Source: the human T2T-CHM13v2.0 reference genome, Homo sapiens. From it: 64,000 bases of DNA. A program made the translations under genes and the position numbers. The DNA lies in NCBI RefSeq assembly GCF_009914755.1, contig NC_060933.1. One strand, given 5' to 3'. The notes under the pieces were generated by a model. That model ran no database searches. It saw only the letters and a list, made by a program, of their open reading frames with translations, and was not told the DNA's origin. Below, one piece after another: positions 13,401 to 28,139 of this stretch (within the stretch, counting starts at the first letter, position 1; each line of letters opens with the position of its first letter).

Positions 13401-16400
13401 CCCGACTGCAGGGGAATGGAATGCAAGGGAATGCAATGGAATGGATTCAACTTGAATGGAATGGAAAGAATGGAATCAACACGAGTGGAATCGCATGGAT
13501 TGGAATGGAATGGAATGGAATCAACCCGAGTACAGGGGAATGGAATGGAATGGAATGCAATGGAATGGAATCGTCCGTAATGGAATGGAAAGGAATGGAA
13601 TGGAATGGAATGGAATGGAATGGAATGGAATCAACTCAATTGCAATCGAATGGAATGGAATGGAATTAACCCGAATAGAATGGAATGGAATGGAATGGAA
13701 CGGAACGGAATGGAATGGAATGGAATGGAACGGAAAGGAATGGAATGGAATGGAATGGAATGGAATGGAATGGAATGGAATGGAATGGAATAAACCTGAG
13801 TGCAATGGAATGGAGTGGAATGGAATGGAATGGAATGGAACAAGCCGAATGCAATGGAATGTAATGGAGAGTAAGGGAGTTGAATAGAGTCAATCCGAAT
13901 GTAATGGAATGGAATGGAACGGAATGGAATGGAATGGAATGGAATGGAATGCAATGGAATGGAATCAACCCGAGTGCAATGGAATGAAGAGGAATTGAAT
14001 GGAATGGAATGGAAACTACCCGAATGGAATGGAATGTAATGGAGTGTAAGGGAATTGAATAGAATCAATCCGAATGTAATGGAATGGAATGGAACGAACT
14101 GGAATGGAATGGAATGGAATGGAATGGAATGGAATGGAATGGAATGCAATGGAATGGAATCAACCCGAGTGCAATCAAATGGAATCGAATGGAATGGAAT
14201 GCAATGGAATAGATTCAACTTGAATGGAATGGAAAGAATGGAATCAACACGAGTGGAAGGGCATGGATTGGAATGCAAAGGAATGGAATCAACGCGAGTA
14301 CAGGGGAATGGAATGGAATGGAATGCAATGGAATGGAATCATCCGTAATGGAATGGAAAGGAATGGAATGGAATGGAATAGAATGGAATGGAATCAACTC
14401 GATTGCAATCGAATGGAATGGAATGGAATTAACCCGAATAGAAAGGAATGGAATGGAACGGAACGGAACGGAACGGAATGGAATGGAATCAACCCGACTG
14501 CAGGGGAATGGAATGGAATGGAATGCAATGGAATGGATTCAACTTGAATGGAATGGAAAGAATGGAATCAACACGAGTGGAATGGGATGGATTAGAATGG
14601 AATGGAATGGAATCAACCCGAGTACAGGGGAATGGAATGGAATGGAATGCAATGGAATGGAATCATCCGTAATGGAATGGAAAGGAATGGAATGGAATGG
14701 AATGGAATGGAATGGAATCAACTCGATTGCAATTGAATGGAATGGAATGGAATTAACCCGAATAGAATGGAATGGAATGGAATGGAACGGAACGGAACGG
14801 AACGGAATGGAATGGAATGGAATGGAATGGAATGGAATGGAATGGAATGATACAGAATAGAATGGAGTGGAACGAAATGGAATGGAATGGAATGGAATGG
14901 AATGGAATGGAATGGAATCATCCGTAATGGAATGGAAAGGAATGGAATGGAATGGAATGGAATGGAATGGAATCAACTCGATCGCAATCGAATGGAATGG
15001 AATGGAATTAACCCGAATAGAATGGAATTGAATGGAATGGAACGGAACGGAACGGAATGGAATGGAATGGAATGGAACGGAAAGGAATGGAATGGAATGG
15101 AATGGAATGGAATGGAATGGAATCAACGCGAGTGCAGGGGAATGGAACTTAATGGAATGTAATGGAATGGAATCTTCCGGAATGGAATGGAATGGAATGG
15201 AATCAACCCGAGTGCAATGGAATGGAGTGGAATGGAATGGAATGGAATGGAACAACCCGAATGGAATCGAACGTAATGGAGGGTAAGGGAGTTGAATAGA
15301 ATCAATCCGAATGTAATGCAATGGAATGGAACGGAATGGAATTGAATGGAATGGAATGGAATGGAATGGAATGCAATGGAATGGAATCAACCCGAGTGCA
15401 ATGGAATGGAGAGGAATGGAATGGAATGGAATGGAAACTACCCGAATGGAATGGAATGTAATGGAGTGTAAGGGAATTGAATAGAATCAATCCGAATGTA
15501 ATGGAATGGAATGGAACGGAATGGAATGGAATGGAATGGAATGGAATGGAATGGAATGCAATGGAATGGAATCAACCCGAGTGCAATCGAATGGAATCGA
15601 ATGTAATGGAATGCAATGGAATGGATTCAACTTGAATGGAATGGAAAGAATGGAATCAACACGAGTGCAATGGCATGGATTGGAATGGAATGGAATGGAA
15701 TCAACCCGAGTACAGGGGAATGGAATGGAATGGAATGCAATGGAATGGAATCATCCGTAATGGAATGGAAAGGAATTGAATGGAATGGAATGGAATCGAA
15801 TAGAATGGAATCAACTCGATTGCAATCGAATGGAATGGAATGGAATCAACTCGATTGCAATCGAATGGAATGGAATGGAATTAACCCGAATAGAATGGAA
15901 TGGAATGGAATGGAACGGAACGGAACGGAACGGAATGGAATGGAATGGAATGGAATCGAGTGGAATGTAACGGAAAGGAATGGAATGGAAAGGAATGGAA
16001 TGGAATGGAATGGAATGGAATCAACGCGAGTGCAGGGGAATGGAATGGAATGGAATGCAATGGAATGGAATCTTCCGGAATGGAATGGAATGGAATGGAA
16101 TGGAATGGAATGGAATGGAATGGAATGGAATCAACCCGAGTGCAATGGAATGGAGTGGAATGGAATGGAATGGAATGGAACAACCTGAAAGGAATGGAAT
16201 GTAATGGAGAGTAAGGGAGTTGAATAGAGTCAATCCGAATGTAATGGAATGGAATGGAACGGAATGGAATTGAATGGAATGGAATGGAATGAAATGGAAT
16301 GGAATCAACCCGAGTGCAATGGAATGGAGAGGAATGGAATGCAATGGAATGGAAACTACCCGAATGGAATGGAATGTAATGGAGTGTAAGGGAATTGAAT

Positions 16401-19400
16401 AGAATCAATCCGAATGTAATGGAATGGAATGGAACGGAATGGAATGGAATGGAATGGAATGGAATGGAATGGAATGCAATGGAATGGAATCAACCCGAGT
16501 GCAATCGAATGGAATCGAATGGAATGGAATGCAATGGAATGGATTCAACTTGAATGGAATGGAAAGAATGGAATCAATACGAGTGGAAGGGCATGGATTG
16601 GAATGCAATGGAATGGAATCAACACGAGTACAGGGGAATGGAATGGAATGGAATGCAATGGAATGGAATCATCCGTAATGGAATGGAAAGGAATGGAATG
16701 GAATGGAATGGAATGGAATGGAATCAACACGATTGCAATCGAATGGAATGGAATGGAATTAACCCGAATAGAATGGAATGGAATGGAATGAAACGGAATG
16801 AAATGGAATGGAATGGAATGGAATTGAATGGAATGGAACGGAACAGAAAGGAATGGAATGGAATGGAATGGAATGGAATGGAATGGAATGGAAAGGAATG
16901 GAATGGAATCAACGCGAGAGCAAGGGAGTGGCATGGAATGGAATGCAATGGAATGGAATCTTCCGGAATGGAATGGAATGGAATGGAATGAAATGCAATG
17001 GATTCAACTCGATTGCAATGGAATGGAATAGAATGGAAAGGAATGGAATGGAATGGGATTAACCCGAATAGAATGGAATGGAATGGAATGGAACGGAATG
17101 GAACGGAATGGAATGGAATGGAATGGAATGGAATGGAATGGAATGGAATGGAATGGAATCGTTCCGAGTGGAATAGGAGGGAATGTATTCGAGTGGAATG
17201 GAAAGAAATGGAATCAACCAGAGTGGAATGGAAGGGAATGGAATGGAATGAAAACTAATAGAATGAAATCAACCCGAGTGGAATGGAATGGAAAGGACTG
17301 GAATGGAATGGAATGGAATGGAATCAAGTCGATTGTAATGGAATGGAATGGAATGGAATGGAATGGAATGGAATTAACCCGAATACAATGGAATGGAATG
17401 GAATGGAATGGAATGGAGTGGAATGGAATGGAATCAACCCGAGTGCAGGGGAATGGAATAGAATGGAATGCAATGGAATGGAATCATCCGGAATGGAATG
17501 GAATGGAATGGAATGCAAAGCAATGGAATCAACTCGATTGCAATGGAATGGAATGGAATGGAATGGAATACTTTGGAATCAACCCGAGTGGAATGGAATG
17601 GAAAGGACTGGAATGGAGTGGAATGGAATGGAATGCATTGGAATGGAATGGAATGGAATCAACTTGATTGGAATGGAATGGAATTGAATGGAATGGAATG
17701 GAATGGAATCAACCCGACTGCAGGGGAATGGAATGGAATGGAATGCAATGGAATGGATTCAACTTGAATGGAATGGAAAGAATGGAATCAACACGAGTGG
17801 AATGGCATGGATTGGAATGGAATGGAATGGAATCAACACGAGTACAGGGGAATGGAATGCAATGGAATGGAATCATCCGTAATGGAATGGAAAGGAATGG
17901 AATGGAATGGAATGGAATGGAATGGAATGGAATGGAATGGAATGGAATCAACTCGATTGCAATCGAATGGAATGGAATGGAATTAACCCGAATAGAATGG
18001 AATGGAATGGAATGGAATGGAACGGAACGGAATTGAATGGAATGGAATGGAATGGAATGGAATGGTATGGAATGGAATGGAATGGTACAGAATAGAATGG
18101 AATGGAACGAATTGTAATGGAATGGAATTGAATGGAATGGAATGGAATGGAATGGAATGGAATCAACGTGAGTGCAGGGGAATGTAACGGAACGGAATGC
18201 AATGGAATGGAATCATCCGGAATGGAATGGAATGGAATCGAATGGAATGGAATGGAATCAACCCGAGTGCAATGGAAAGGAGTGGAATGGAATGGAATGG
18301 AATGGAACAACCCGAATGGAATGGAATGTAATGGAGAGTAAGGGAGTTGAATAGAATCAATTCGAATGTAATGGAATGGAATGCAACGGAATGGAATGGA
18401 ATGCAATGGAATGGAATGCAATGGAATGGAATCAACACGAGTACAATGGAATGGAATGGAATGGAATGGAATGGAATGGAATGGAATGGAATGATACAGA
18501 ATAGAATGGAATGGAACGAAATGGAATGGAATGGAATGGAATGGAATGGAATGGAATGGAATGGAATGGAATGGAATGGAATCGTTCCGAGTGGAATAGG
18601 AGAGAATGTATTCGAGTGGAATGGAAAGGAATGGAATCAACAAGAGTGGAATGGAAGGGAATGGAATGGAATGGAAACTAATAGAATGGAATCAACCCGA
18701 GTGGAATGGAATGGAAAGGACTGGAATGGAATGGAATGGAATGGAATCAACTCGATTGTAATGGAATGGAATGGAATGGAATGGAATGGAATGGAATGGA
18801 ATGGAATGGAATTAACCCGAATACAATGGAAGGGAATGGAATGGAATGGAAACTAATAGAATGCAATCAACCCGAGTGGAATGGAATGGAAAGGAATGGA
18901 ATGGAATGGAATGGAATGGAATCAACTCGATTGTAATGGAATGGAATGGAATGGAATGGAATGGAATGGAATGGAATGGAATGGAATTAACCCGAATAAA
19001 ATGGAATGGAATGGAATGGAATGGAATGGAGGGGAATGGAATGGAATCAACCGGAGTGCAGGGGAATGGAATGGAATGGAATGCAATGGAATGGAATCAT
19101 CCGGAATGGAATGGAATGGAATGGAATGCAAAGCAATGGAATCAACTCGATTGCAATGGAATGGAATGGAATGGAAAGGAATACATTGGAATCAACCCGA
19201 GTGGAATGGAATGGAAAGGACTGGAATGGAGTGGAATGGAATGGAATGCAATGGAATGGAATGGAATGGAATCAACTTGATTGGAATGGAATGGAATGGA
19301 ATGGAATGGAATGGAATGGAATGGAATCAACCCGACTGCAGGGGAATGGAATGGAATGGAATGCAATGGAATGGATTCAACTTGAATGGAATGGAAAGAA

Positions 19401-22400
19401 TGGAATCAACACGTGTGGAATGGCATGGATTGGAATGGAATGGAATGGAATCAACCCGAGTACAGGGGAATGGAATGGAATGGAATGCAATGGAATGGAA
19501 TCATCCATAATGGAATGGAAAGGAATGGAATGGAATGGAATGGAATGGAATGGAATGGAATGGAATGGAATGCAATGGAATGGAATCATCCGGAATCGAA
19601 TGGAATGGAATGGAATGCAAAGCAATGGAATCAACTCGATTGCAATGGAATGGAATGGAATGGAAAGGAATAGAATGGAATCAACCCGAGTGTAATGGAA
19701 TGGAAAGGACTGGAATGGAGTGGAATGGAATGGAATGGAATGGAATGGAATCAACTCGATTGGAATGGAATGGAATGAAATGGAATGGAATGGAATTAAC
19801 CCGAATAGAATGGAATGGAATGGAATGGAACGGAATGGAATGGAATGGAATGGAATGGAATGGAATCAACCCGACTGCAGGGGAATGGAATGGAATGGAA
19901 TGGAATGGAATGGAATCATCCGGAACGGAATGGAATGGAATGCAATGGAATCAACTCGATTGCAATGGAATGGAATGGAATGGAATGGAATGGAATGGAA
20001 TGGAATGGAATGGAATCATTCCGAGTGGAATAGGAGGGAATGTATTCGAGTGGAATGGAAAGGAATGGAATCAACCAGAGTGGAATGGAAGGGAATGGAA
20101 TGGAATGGAAACTAATAGAATGGAATCAACCCGAGTGGAATGGAATGGAAAGGACTGGAATGGAATGGAATGGAATGGAATCAACTCGATTGTAATGGAA
20201 TGGAATGGAATGGAATGGAATGGAATGGAATGGAATAGAATGGAATTAACCCGAATACAATGGAATGGAATGGAATGGAACGGAATGGAGTGGAATGGAA
20301 TGGAATCAACCCGAGTGCAGGGGAATGGAATGGAATGGAATGCAATGGAATGGAATCATCCGGAATGGAATGGATTGGAAAGCAATGCAAAGCAATGGAA
20401 TCAACTCGATTGAAATGGAATGGAATGGAATGGAAAGGAATAGAATGGAATCAACCCGAGTGTAATGGAATGGAAAGGACTGGAATGGAGTGGAATGGAA
20501 TGGAATGGAATGGAATGGAATCAACTCGATTGGAATGGAATCTAATGGAAAGGAATGGAATGGAATGGAATGGAATTAACCCGAATAGAATGGAATGGAA
20601 TGGAATGGAACGGAATGGAATGGAACGGAATGGAATGGAATGGAATGGAATCAACCCGACTGCAGGGGAATGGAATGGAATGGAATGGAATGGAATGGAA
20701 TCATCCGGAACGGAATGGAATGGAATGGAATGGAATCAACTCGATTGCAATGGAATGGAATGGAATGGAATGGAATGGAATGGAATGGAATGGAATGGAA
20801 TTAACCGGAATAGAATGGAATGGAATGGAATGGAACGGAATGGAATGGAATGGAATGGAATGGAATGGAATGGAAGGGAATCAACACGAGTGCAGGGGAA
20901 TGGAATGGAATGGAATGCAATGGAATGGAATCATCCGGAATGGAATGGAATGGAAAGGAATGCAATCAACCTGATGCAATGGAATGGAGTGGAATGGAAT
21001 GGAATGGAATGGAAACATCCCGAATGGAATGGAATATAATGGAGTGTAAAGGAATTGAATAGAATCTATCCGAATGTAATGGAATGGAATGGAATGAAAT
21101 GGAATGGAATGGAATGGAATGGAATCAACCCGAGTGCAATGGAATGGATTCGAATGGAATGGAATGGAATGGAATGGATTCAACAAGAATGGAATGGAAA
21201 GGAATGGAATCAACCCGAGTGTAAAGGCATGGAATGGAACGGAATGGAATGGGATGGAATGGAATGGTACGGAATAGAATGGAATAGAATGAAATGGAAT
21301 GGAATGGAATGGAATGGAATGGAATGGAATGGAATGGAATGAACCCGTGTGCAATGGAATGGAAAGGAATGGATTCAACTCGAATGGAATCAACTCGATT
21401 GCAATGGAATGGAATGGAATTGAAAGGAATAGAATGGAATCATCCCGAGTGGAATGGAATGGAAAGGACTGGAATGGAGTGGAATGGAATGGAATGGAAT
21501 TAACCCGAATAGAAAGAAATGGAACGGAATGTAATGGAATGTAATGGAATGGAATGGAATGGAATCAACCCGAGTGCAGGGGAATGGAATGGAATGGAAT
21601 GCACTGGAATGGAATCATCCGGAATGGAATGGAATGGAATGGAATGGAATGGAATGGAATGGAATGGAATCAACTCGATTTCAATGGAATGGAATTGAAT
21701 AGAATGGAATGGAATTAACACGAATAGAATGGAATGGAATGGAATTGAATGGAACAGAAAGGAATGGAATGGAATGGAATGGAATCAACCCAAGTGCAGG
21801 GGAATGGAATGGAATGGAATTCAATGGAATGGAATCATCCGGAATGGAATGGAATGGAATGGAATGGAATGGAATGGAATGGAATCAACCCGAGTGCAAT
21901 GGAATGGAGAGGAATGGAATGGAATGGAATGGAAACTACACGAATCGAATGGAATGTAATGGAGTGTAAGGGAATTGAATAGAATGAATCCGAATGGAAT
22001 GGAATGGAATGGAATCAACACGAGTGCAGGGGAATGGAATGTAATGGAATGCAATGGAATGGAATCTTCCGGAATGGAATGGAATGCAATGGATTCAACT
22101 CGATTGCAATGGAATGGAATAGAATGGAATGGAATGGAATGGAATGAAATGGAATGGAATGGAATGGAATTAACCCGAATAGAATGGAATGGAATGGAAC
22201 GGAATGGAATTGAATGGAATGGAATGGAATGGAATGGAATGGAATGGAATCAACACGATTGCAATGGAATGGAATGGAATGGAATTAACCCGAATAGAAT
22301 GGAATGGAATGGAATGGAACGGAACGGAATGGAATGGAATGGAATGGAATGGAATGGAACGGAACGGAATGGAATGGAATGGAATGGAATGGAATGGAAA

Positions 22401-25400
22401 GGAATGGAATCAACGCGAGTGCAGGGGAATGGAATGTAATGGAATGCAATGGAATGGAATCTTCCGGAATGGAATGGAATGTAATGGAATCAACCCGAGT
22501 GCAATGGAATGGAGTGGAATGGAATGGAATGGAATGGAACAACCCGAATGGAATCGAATGTAATGGAGAGTAAGGGAGTTGAATAGAATCAATCCGAATG
22601 TAATGGAATGGAATGGAACGGAATGGAATGGAATGGAATGGAATGGAATGGAATGGAATGGAATGCAATGGAATGGAATCAACCCGAGTGCAATCGAATG
22701 GAATCGAATGGAATGGAATGCAATGGAATGGATTCAACTAGAATGGAATGGAAAGAATGGAATCAACACGAGTGGAAGGGCATGGATTGGAATGGAATGG
22801 AATGGAATCAACCCGAGTACAGGGGAATGGAATGGAATGGAATGCAATGGAATGGAATCATCCGTAATGGAATGGAAAGGAATGGAATGGAATGGAATGG
22901 AATGGAATGGAATGGAATGGAATGGAATCAACTCGATTGCAATCGAATGGAATGGAATGGAATTAACCCGAATAGAATGGAATGGAATGGAATGGAACGG
23001 AACGGAACGGAATGGAACGGAATGGAACGGAAAGGAAGGGAATGGAATGGAATAGAATGGAATAGAATGGAATCAACGCGAGTGCAGGGGAATGGAATGG
23101 AATGGAATGCAATGGAATGGAATCTTCCGGAATGGAATGGAATGGAATGGAATGGAATGGAATGGAATCAACCCGAGTCCAATGGAATGGAGTGGAATGG
23201 AATGGAATGGAATGGAACAACCCGAATGGAATGGAATGTAATGGAGTGTAAGGGAGTTGAATAGAATCAATCCGAATGGAATGGAATGGAATGGAATGGA
23301 ACGGAATGGAATGGAACGGAATGGAATGGAATGCAATGGCATGGAATCAACCCGAGTGAAATCGAATGGAATCGAATGGAATGGAATGCAATGGAATGGA
23401 TTCAACTTGAACGGAATGGAAAGAATGGAATCAACACGAGTGGAAGGGCATGGATTGGAATGCATTGGAATGGAATCAACCCGAGTACAGGGGAATGGAA
23501 TGGAATGGAATGCAATGGAATGGAATCATCCGTAATGGAATGGAAAGGAATGGAATGGAATGGAATGGAATGGAATGGAATGGAATCAACACGATTGCAA
23601 TCGAATGGAATGGAATGGAATTAACCCGAATAGAATGGAATGGAATGGAATGGAATGGAACGGAACGGAATGGAATGCAATGGAATGGAATGGAATGGGA
23701 CGGAACGGAACGGAATGGAATGGAATGGAATGGAATGGAATCAACGCGAGTGCAGGGGAGTGGAATGGAATGGAATGCAATGGAATGGAATGGAATGGAA
23801 TGAAATGCAAAGGATTCAACTCGATTGCAATGGAATGGAATAGAATGGAATGGAATGGAATGGAAAGGAATGGAATTAACCCGAATAGAATGGAATGGAA
23901 TGCAATGGAATGGAATTAACCCGAATAGAATGGAATGGAATGGAATTAACCCGAATAGAATGGAACGGAATGGAATGGAATGGAATGGAATGGAATCAAC
24001 CCGAATGCAGGGGAATGGAATGGAATGGAATGGAATGGAATGGAATGGAATGGAATCAACCCGAGTGCAGGGGAATGGAATGGAATGGAATGCAATGGAA
24101 TGAAATCATCCGGAATGGAATGGAATGGAATGGAATGGAATGGAATTGAATGGAATGGAATCAACTCGATTTCAATGGAATGGAATGGAATAGAATGGAA
24201 CGGAATTAACACGAATAGAATGGAATGGAATGGAATGGAATGGAACAGAAAGGAATGGAATGGAATGGAATGGAATCAACCCAAGTGCAGGGGAATGGAA
24301 TGGAATGGAATTCAATGGAATGGAATCATCCGGAATGGAATGGAATGGAATGGAATGGAATGGAATGGAATGGAATGGAAAGGAATGGAATGGAATGGAA
24401 TGGAATGGAATGGAATGGAATGCAATGCCATGGAATCAACCCGAGTGCAATCGAATGGAATCGAATGGAATGGAATGCAATGGAATGGATTCAACTTGAA
24501 TGGAATGGAAAGAATGGAATCAACACGAGTGGAATGGCATGGATTGGAATGGAATGGAATGGAATCAACCCGAGTACAGGGGAATGGAATGGAATGGAAT
24601 GAAATGGAATGGAATCATCCGTAATGTAATGGAAAGGAATGGAATGGAATGGAATGGAATGGAATGGAATCAACTCGATTGCAATTGAATGGAATGGAAT
24701 GGAATTAACCCGAATAGAATGGAATGGAATGGAATGGAATGGAACGGAACGGAATGGAATGGAAAGGAATGGAATGGAACGGAACGGATCGGAATGGAAT
24801 GGAATGGAATGGAATGGAATTGAATGGAATGGAATCAACGCGAGTGCAGGGGAATGGAATGGAATGGAATGCAATGGAATGGAATCTTCCGGAATGGAAT
24901 GGAATGGAATGGAATAGAATGGAATGGAATGGAATGGAATGGAATCAACCCGAGTACAGGGGAATGGAATGGAATGGAATGCAATGAAATGGAATCTTCC
25001 GGAATGGAATGGAAAGGAATGGAATGGAATGGAATGGAATGGAATGGAATCAACTCGATTGCAATCGAATGGAATGGAATGGAATTAAACCGAATAGAAT
25101 GGAATGGAATAGAATGGAACGGAACGGAACGGAACGGAATGGAATGGAATGGAATGGAATGGAATGGAATGGAACGGAAAGGAATGGAATGGAATGGAAT
25201 GGAATGGAATGGAATGGAATGGAATGGAGTGGAATCAACGCGAGTGCAGGGGAATGGAATGGAATGGAATGCAATGGAATGGAATCTTCCGGAGTGGAAT
25301 GGAATGGAATGGAATGGAATGGAATCAACCCGAGTGCAATGGAATGGAGTGGAATGGAATGGAATGGAATGGAACAACCCGAATGGAATGGAATGTAATG

Positions 25401-28139
25401 GAGAGTAAGGGAGTTGAATAGAATCAATCCGAATGTAATGGAATGGAATGGAACGGAATGGAATTGAATGGAATGGAATGGAATGGAATGGAATGGAATG
25501 GAATGGAATGGAATCAAGACGATTGCAATGGAATGGAATGGAATGGAATTAACCCGAATAGAATGGAATGGAATGGAATGGAACGGAACGGAATGGAATG
25601 GAATGGAATGGAACGGAACGGAATGGAATGGAATGGAATGGAATGGAAAGGAATGGAATCAACGCAGGTGCAGGGGAATGGAATGTAATGGAATGCAATG
25701 GAATGGAATCTTCCGGAATGGAATGGAAAGTAATGGAATCAACCCGAGTGCAATGGAATGCAGTGGAATGGAATGGAATGGAATGGAACAACCCGAATGC
25801 AATCGAATGCAATGGAGAGTAAGGGAGTTGAATAGAATCAATCCGAATGTAATGGAATGGAATGTAACGGAATGGAATGGAATGGAATGGAATGGAATGG
25901 AATGGAATGCAATGGAATGGAATCAACCCGAGTGCTATCGAATGGAATCGAATGGAATGGAATGCAATGGAATGGATTCAACTAGAATGGAATGGAAAGA
26001 ATGAAATCAACACGAGTGGAAGGGCATGGATTGGAATGGAATGGAATGGAATCAACCCGAGTACAGGGGAATGGAATGGAATGGAATGCAATGGAATGGA
26101 ATCATCCGTAATGGAATGGAAAGGAATGGAATGGAATGGAATGGAATGGAATGCAATGGAATGGAATCAACCCGAGTACAGGGGAATGGAATGGAATGGA
26201 ATGCAATGGAATGGAATCATCCGTAATGGAATGGAAAGGAATGGAATGGAATGGAATGGAATGGAATGGAATGTAATGGATTCAACACGATTGCAATCGA
26301 ATGGAATGGAATGGAATTAACCCGAATAGAATGGAATGGAATGGAATGGAATGGATTCAGCTTGAACGGAATGGAAATAATGGAATCAACACGAGTGGAA
26401 GGGCATGGATTGGAATGCAATGGAATGGAATCAACCCGAGTACAGGGGAATGGAATGGAATGGAATGCAATGGAATGGAATCATCCGTAATGGAATGGAA
26501 CGGAATGGAATGGAATGGAATGGAATGGAATGGAATGGACTGGAATCAACGCGAGTGCAGGGGAACGGAATGGAATGGAATGCAATGGAATGGAATCTTC
26601 CGGAATGGAATGGAATGGAATGGAATGGAATGGAATGGAATGAAATGCAATGGATTCAACTCGATTGCAATGGAATGGAATAGAATGGAATGGAATGGAA
26701 TGGAATGGAATGGAATGGAATGGAATTAACCCGAATAGAATGGAATGGAATGGAATGGAATGGAATTAACCCGAATAGAATGGAATGGAATGGAATTGAA
26801 CGGAATGGAATGGAATGGAATGGAATGCAATGGAATGGAATGGAATGGAATCAACCCGACTGCAGGGGAATGGAATGGAATGGATTCAACAAGAATGGAA
26901 TGGAAAGGAATGGAATAAACCCGAGTGGAATGGCATGGAATGGAACGGAATGGAATGGGATGGAATGGAATGGTACGGAATAGAATGGAATGGAATGAAA
27001 TGCAATAGAATGGAATGGAATGGAATGGAATGGAATGGAATGGAATGGAATGGAATGAACCCGTGTGCAATGGAATGGAATGGAATGGAATAGAATGGAT
27101 TCAACTCGAATGGAATCCACTCGATTGCAATGGAATGGAATGGAATTAAAAGGAATAGAATGGAATCAACCCGAGTGGAATGGAATGGAAAGGACTGGAA
27201 TGGAGTGGAATGGAATGGAATGGAATTAACCCGAATAGAATGAAATGGAACGGAATGGAATGGAATGTAATGGAATGGAATGGAATGGAATCAACCCGAG
27301 TGCAGGGGAATGGAATGGAATGGAATGCAATGGAATGAAATCATCCGGAATGGAATGGAATGGAATGGAATGGAATGGAATTGAATGGAATGGAATCAAC
27401 TCGATTTCAATGGAATGGAATGCAATAGAATGGAACGGAATTAACACGAATAGAATGGAATGGAATGGAATGGAATGGAACAGAAAGGAATAGAATGGAA
27501 TGGAATGGAATCAACCCAAGTGCAGGGGAATGGAATGGAATGGAATTCAATGGAATGGAATCATCCGGAATGGAATGGAATGGAATGGAATGGAATGGAA
27601 TGGAATGGAATCAACCCGAGTGCAATGGAATGGAGAGGAATGGAATGGAATGGAATGGAAACTACACGAATGGAATGGAATGTAATGGAGTGTAAGGGAA
27701 TTGAATAGAACGAATCCGAATGGAATGGAATGGAATGGAATGGAAAGGAATGGAATGGAATGGAATGGAATGGAATGGAATGGAATGCAATGCCATGGAA
27801 TCAACCCGAGTGCAATCGAATGGAATCGAATGGAATGGAATGCAATGGAATGGATTCAACTTGAATGGAATGGAAAGAAAGGAATCAACACGAGTGGAAT
27901 GGCATGGATTGGAATGGAATGGAATGGAATCAACCCGAGTACAGGGGAATGGAATGGAATGGAATGAAATGGAATGGAATCATCCGTAATGTAATGGAAA
28001 GGAATGGAATGGAATGGAATGGAATGGAATGGAATCAACTCGATTGCAATTGAATGGAATGGAATGGAATTAACCCGAATAGAATGGAATGGAATGGAAT
28101 GGAACGGAACGGAATGGAATGGAATGGAATGGAATGGAA

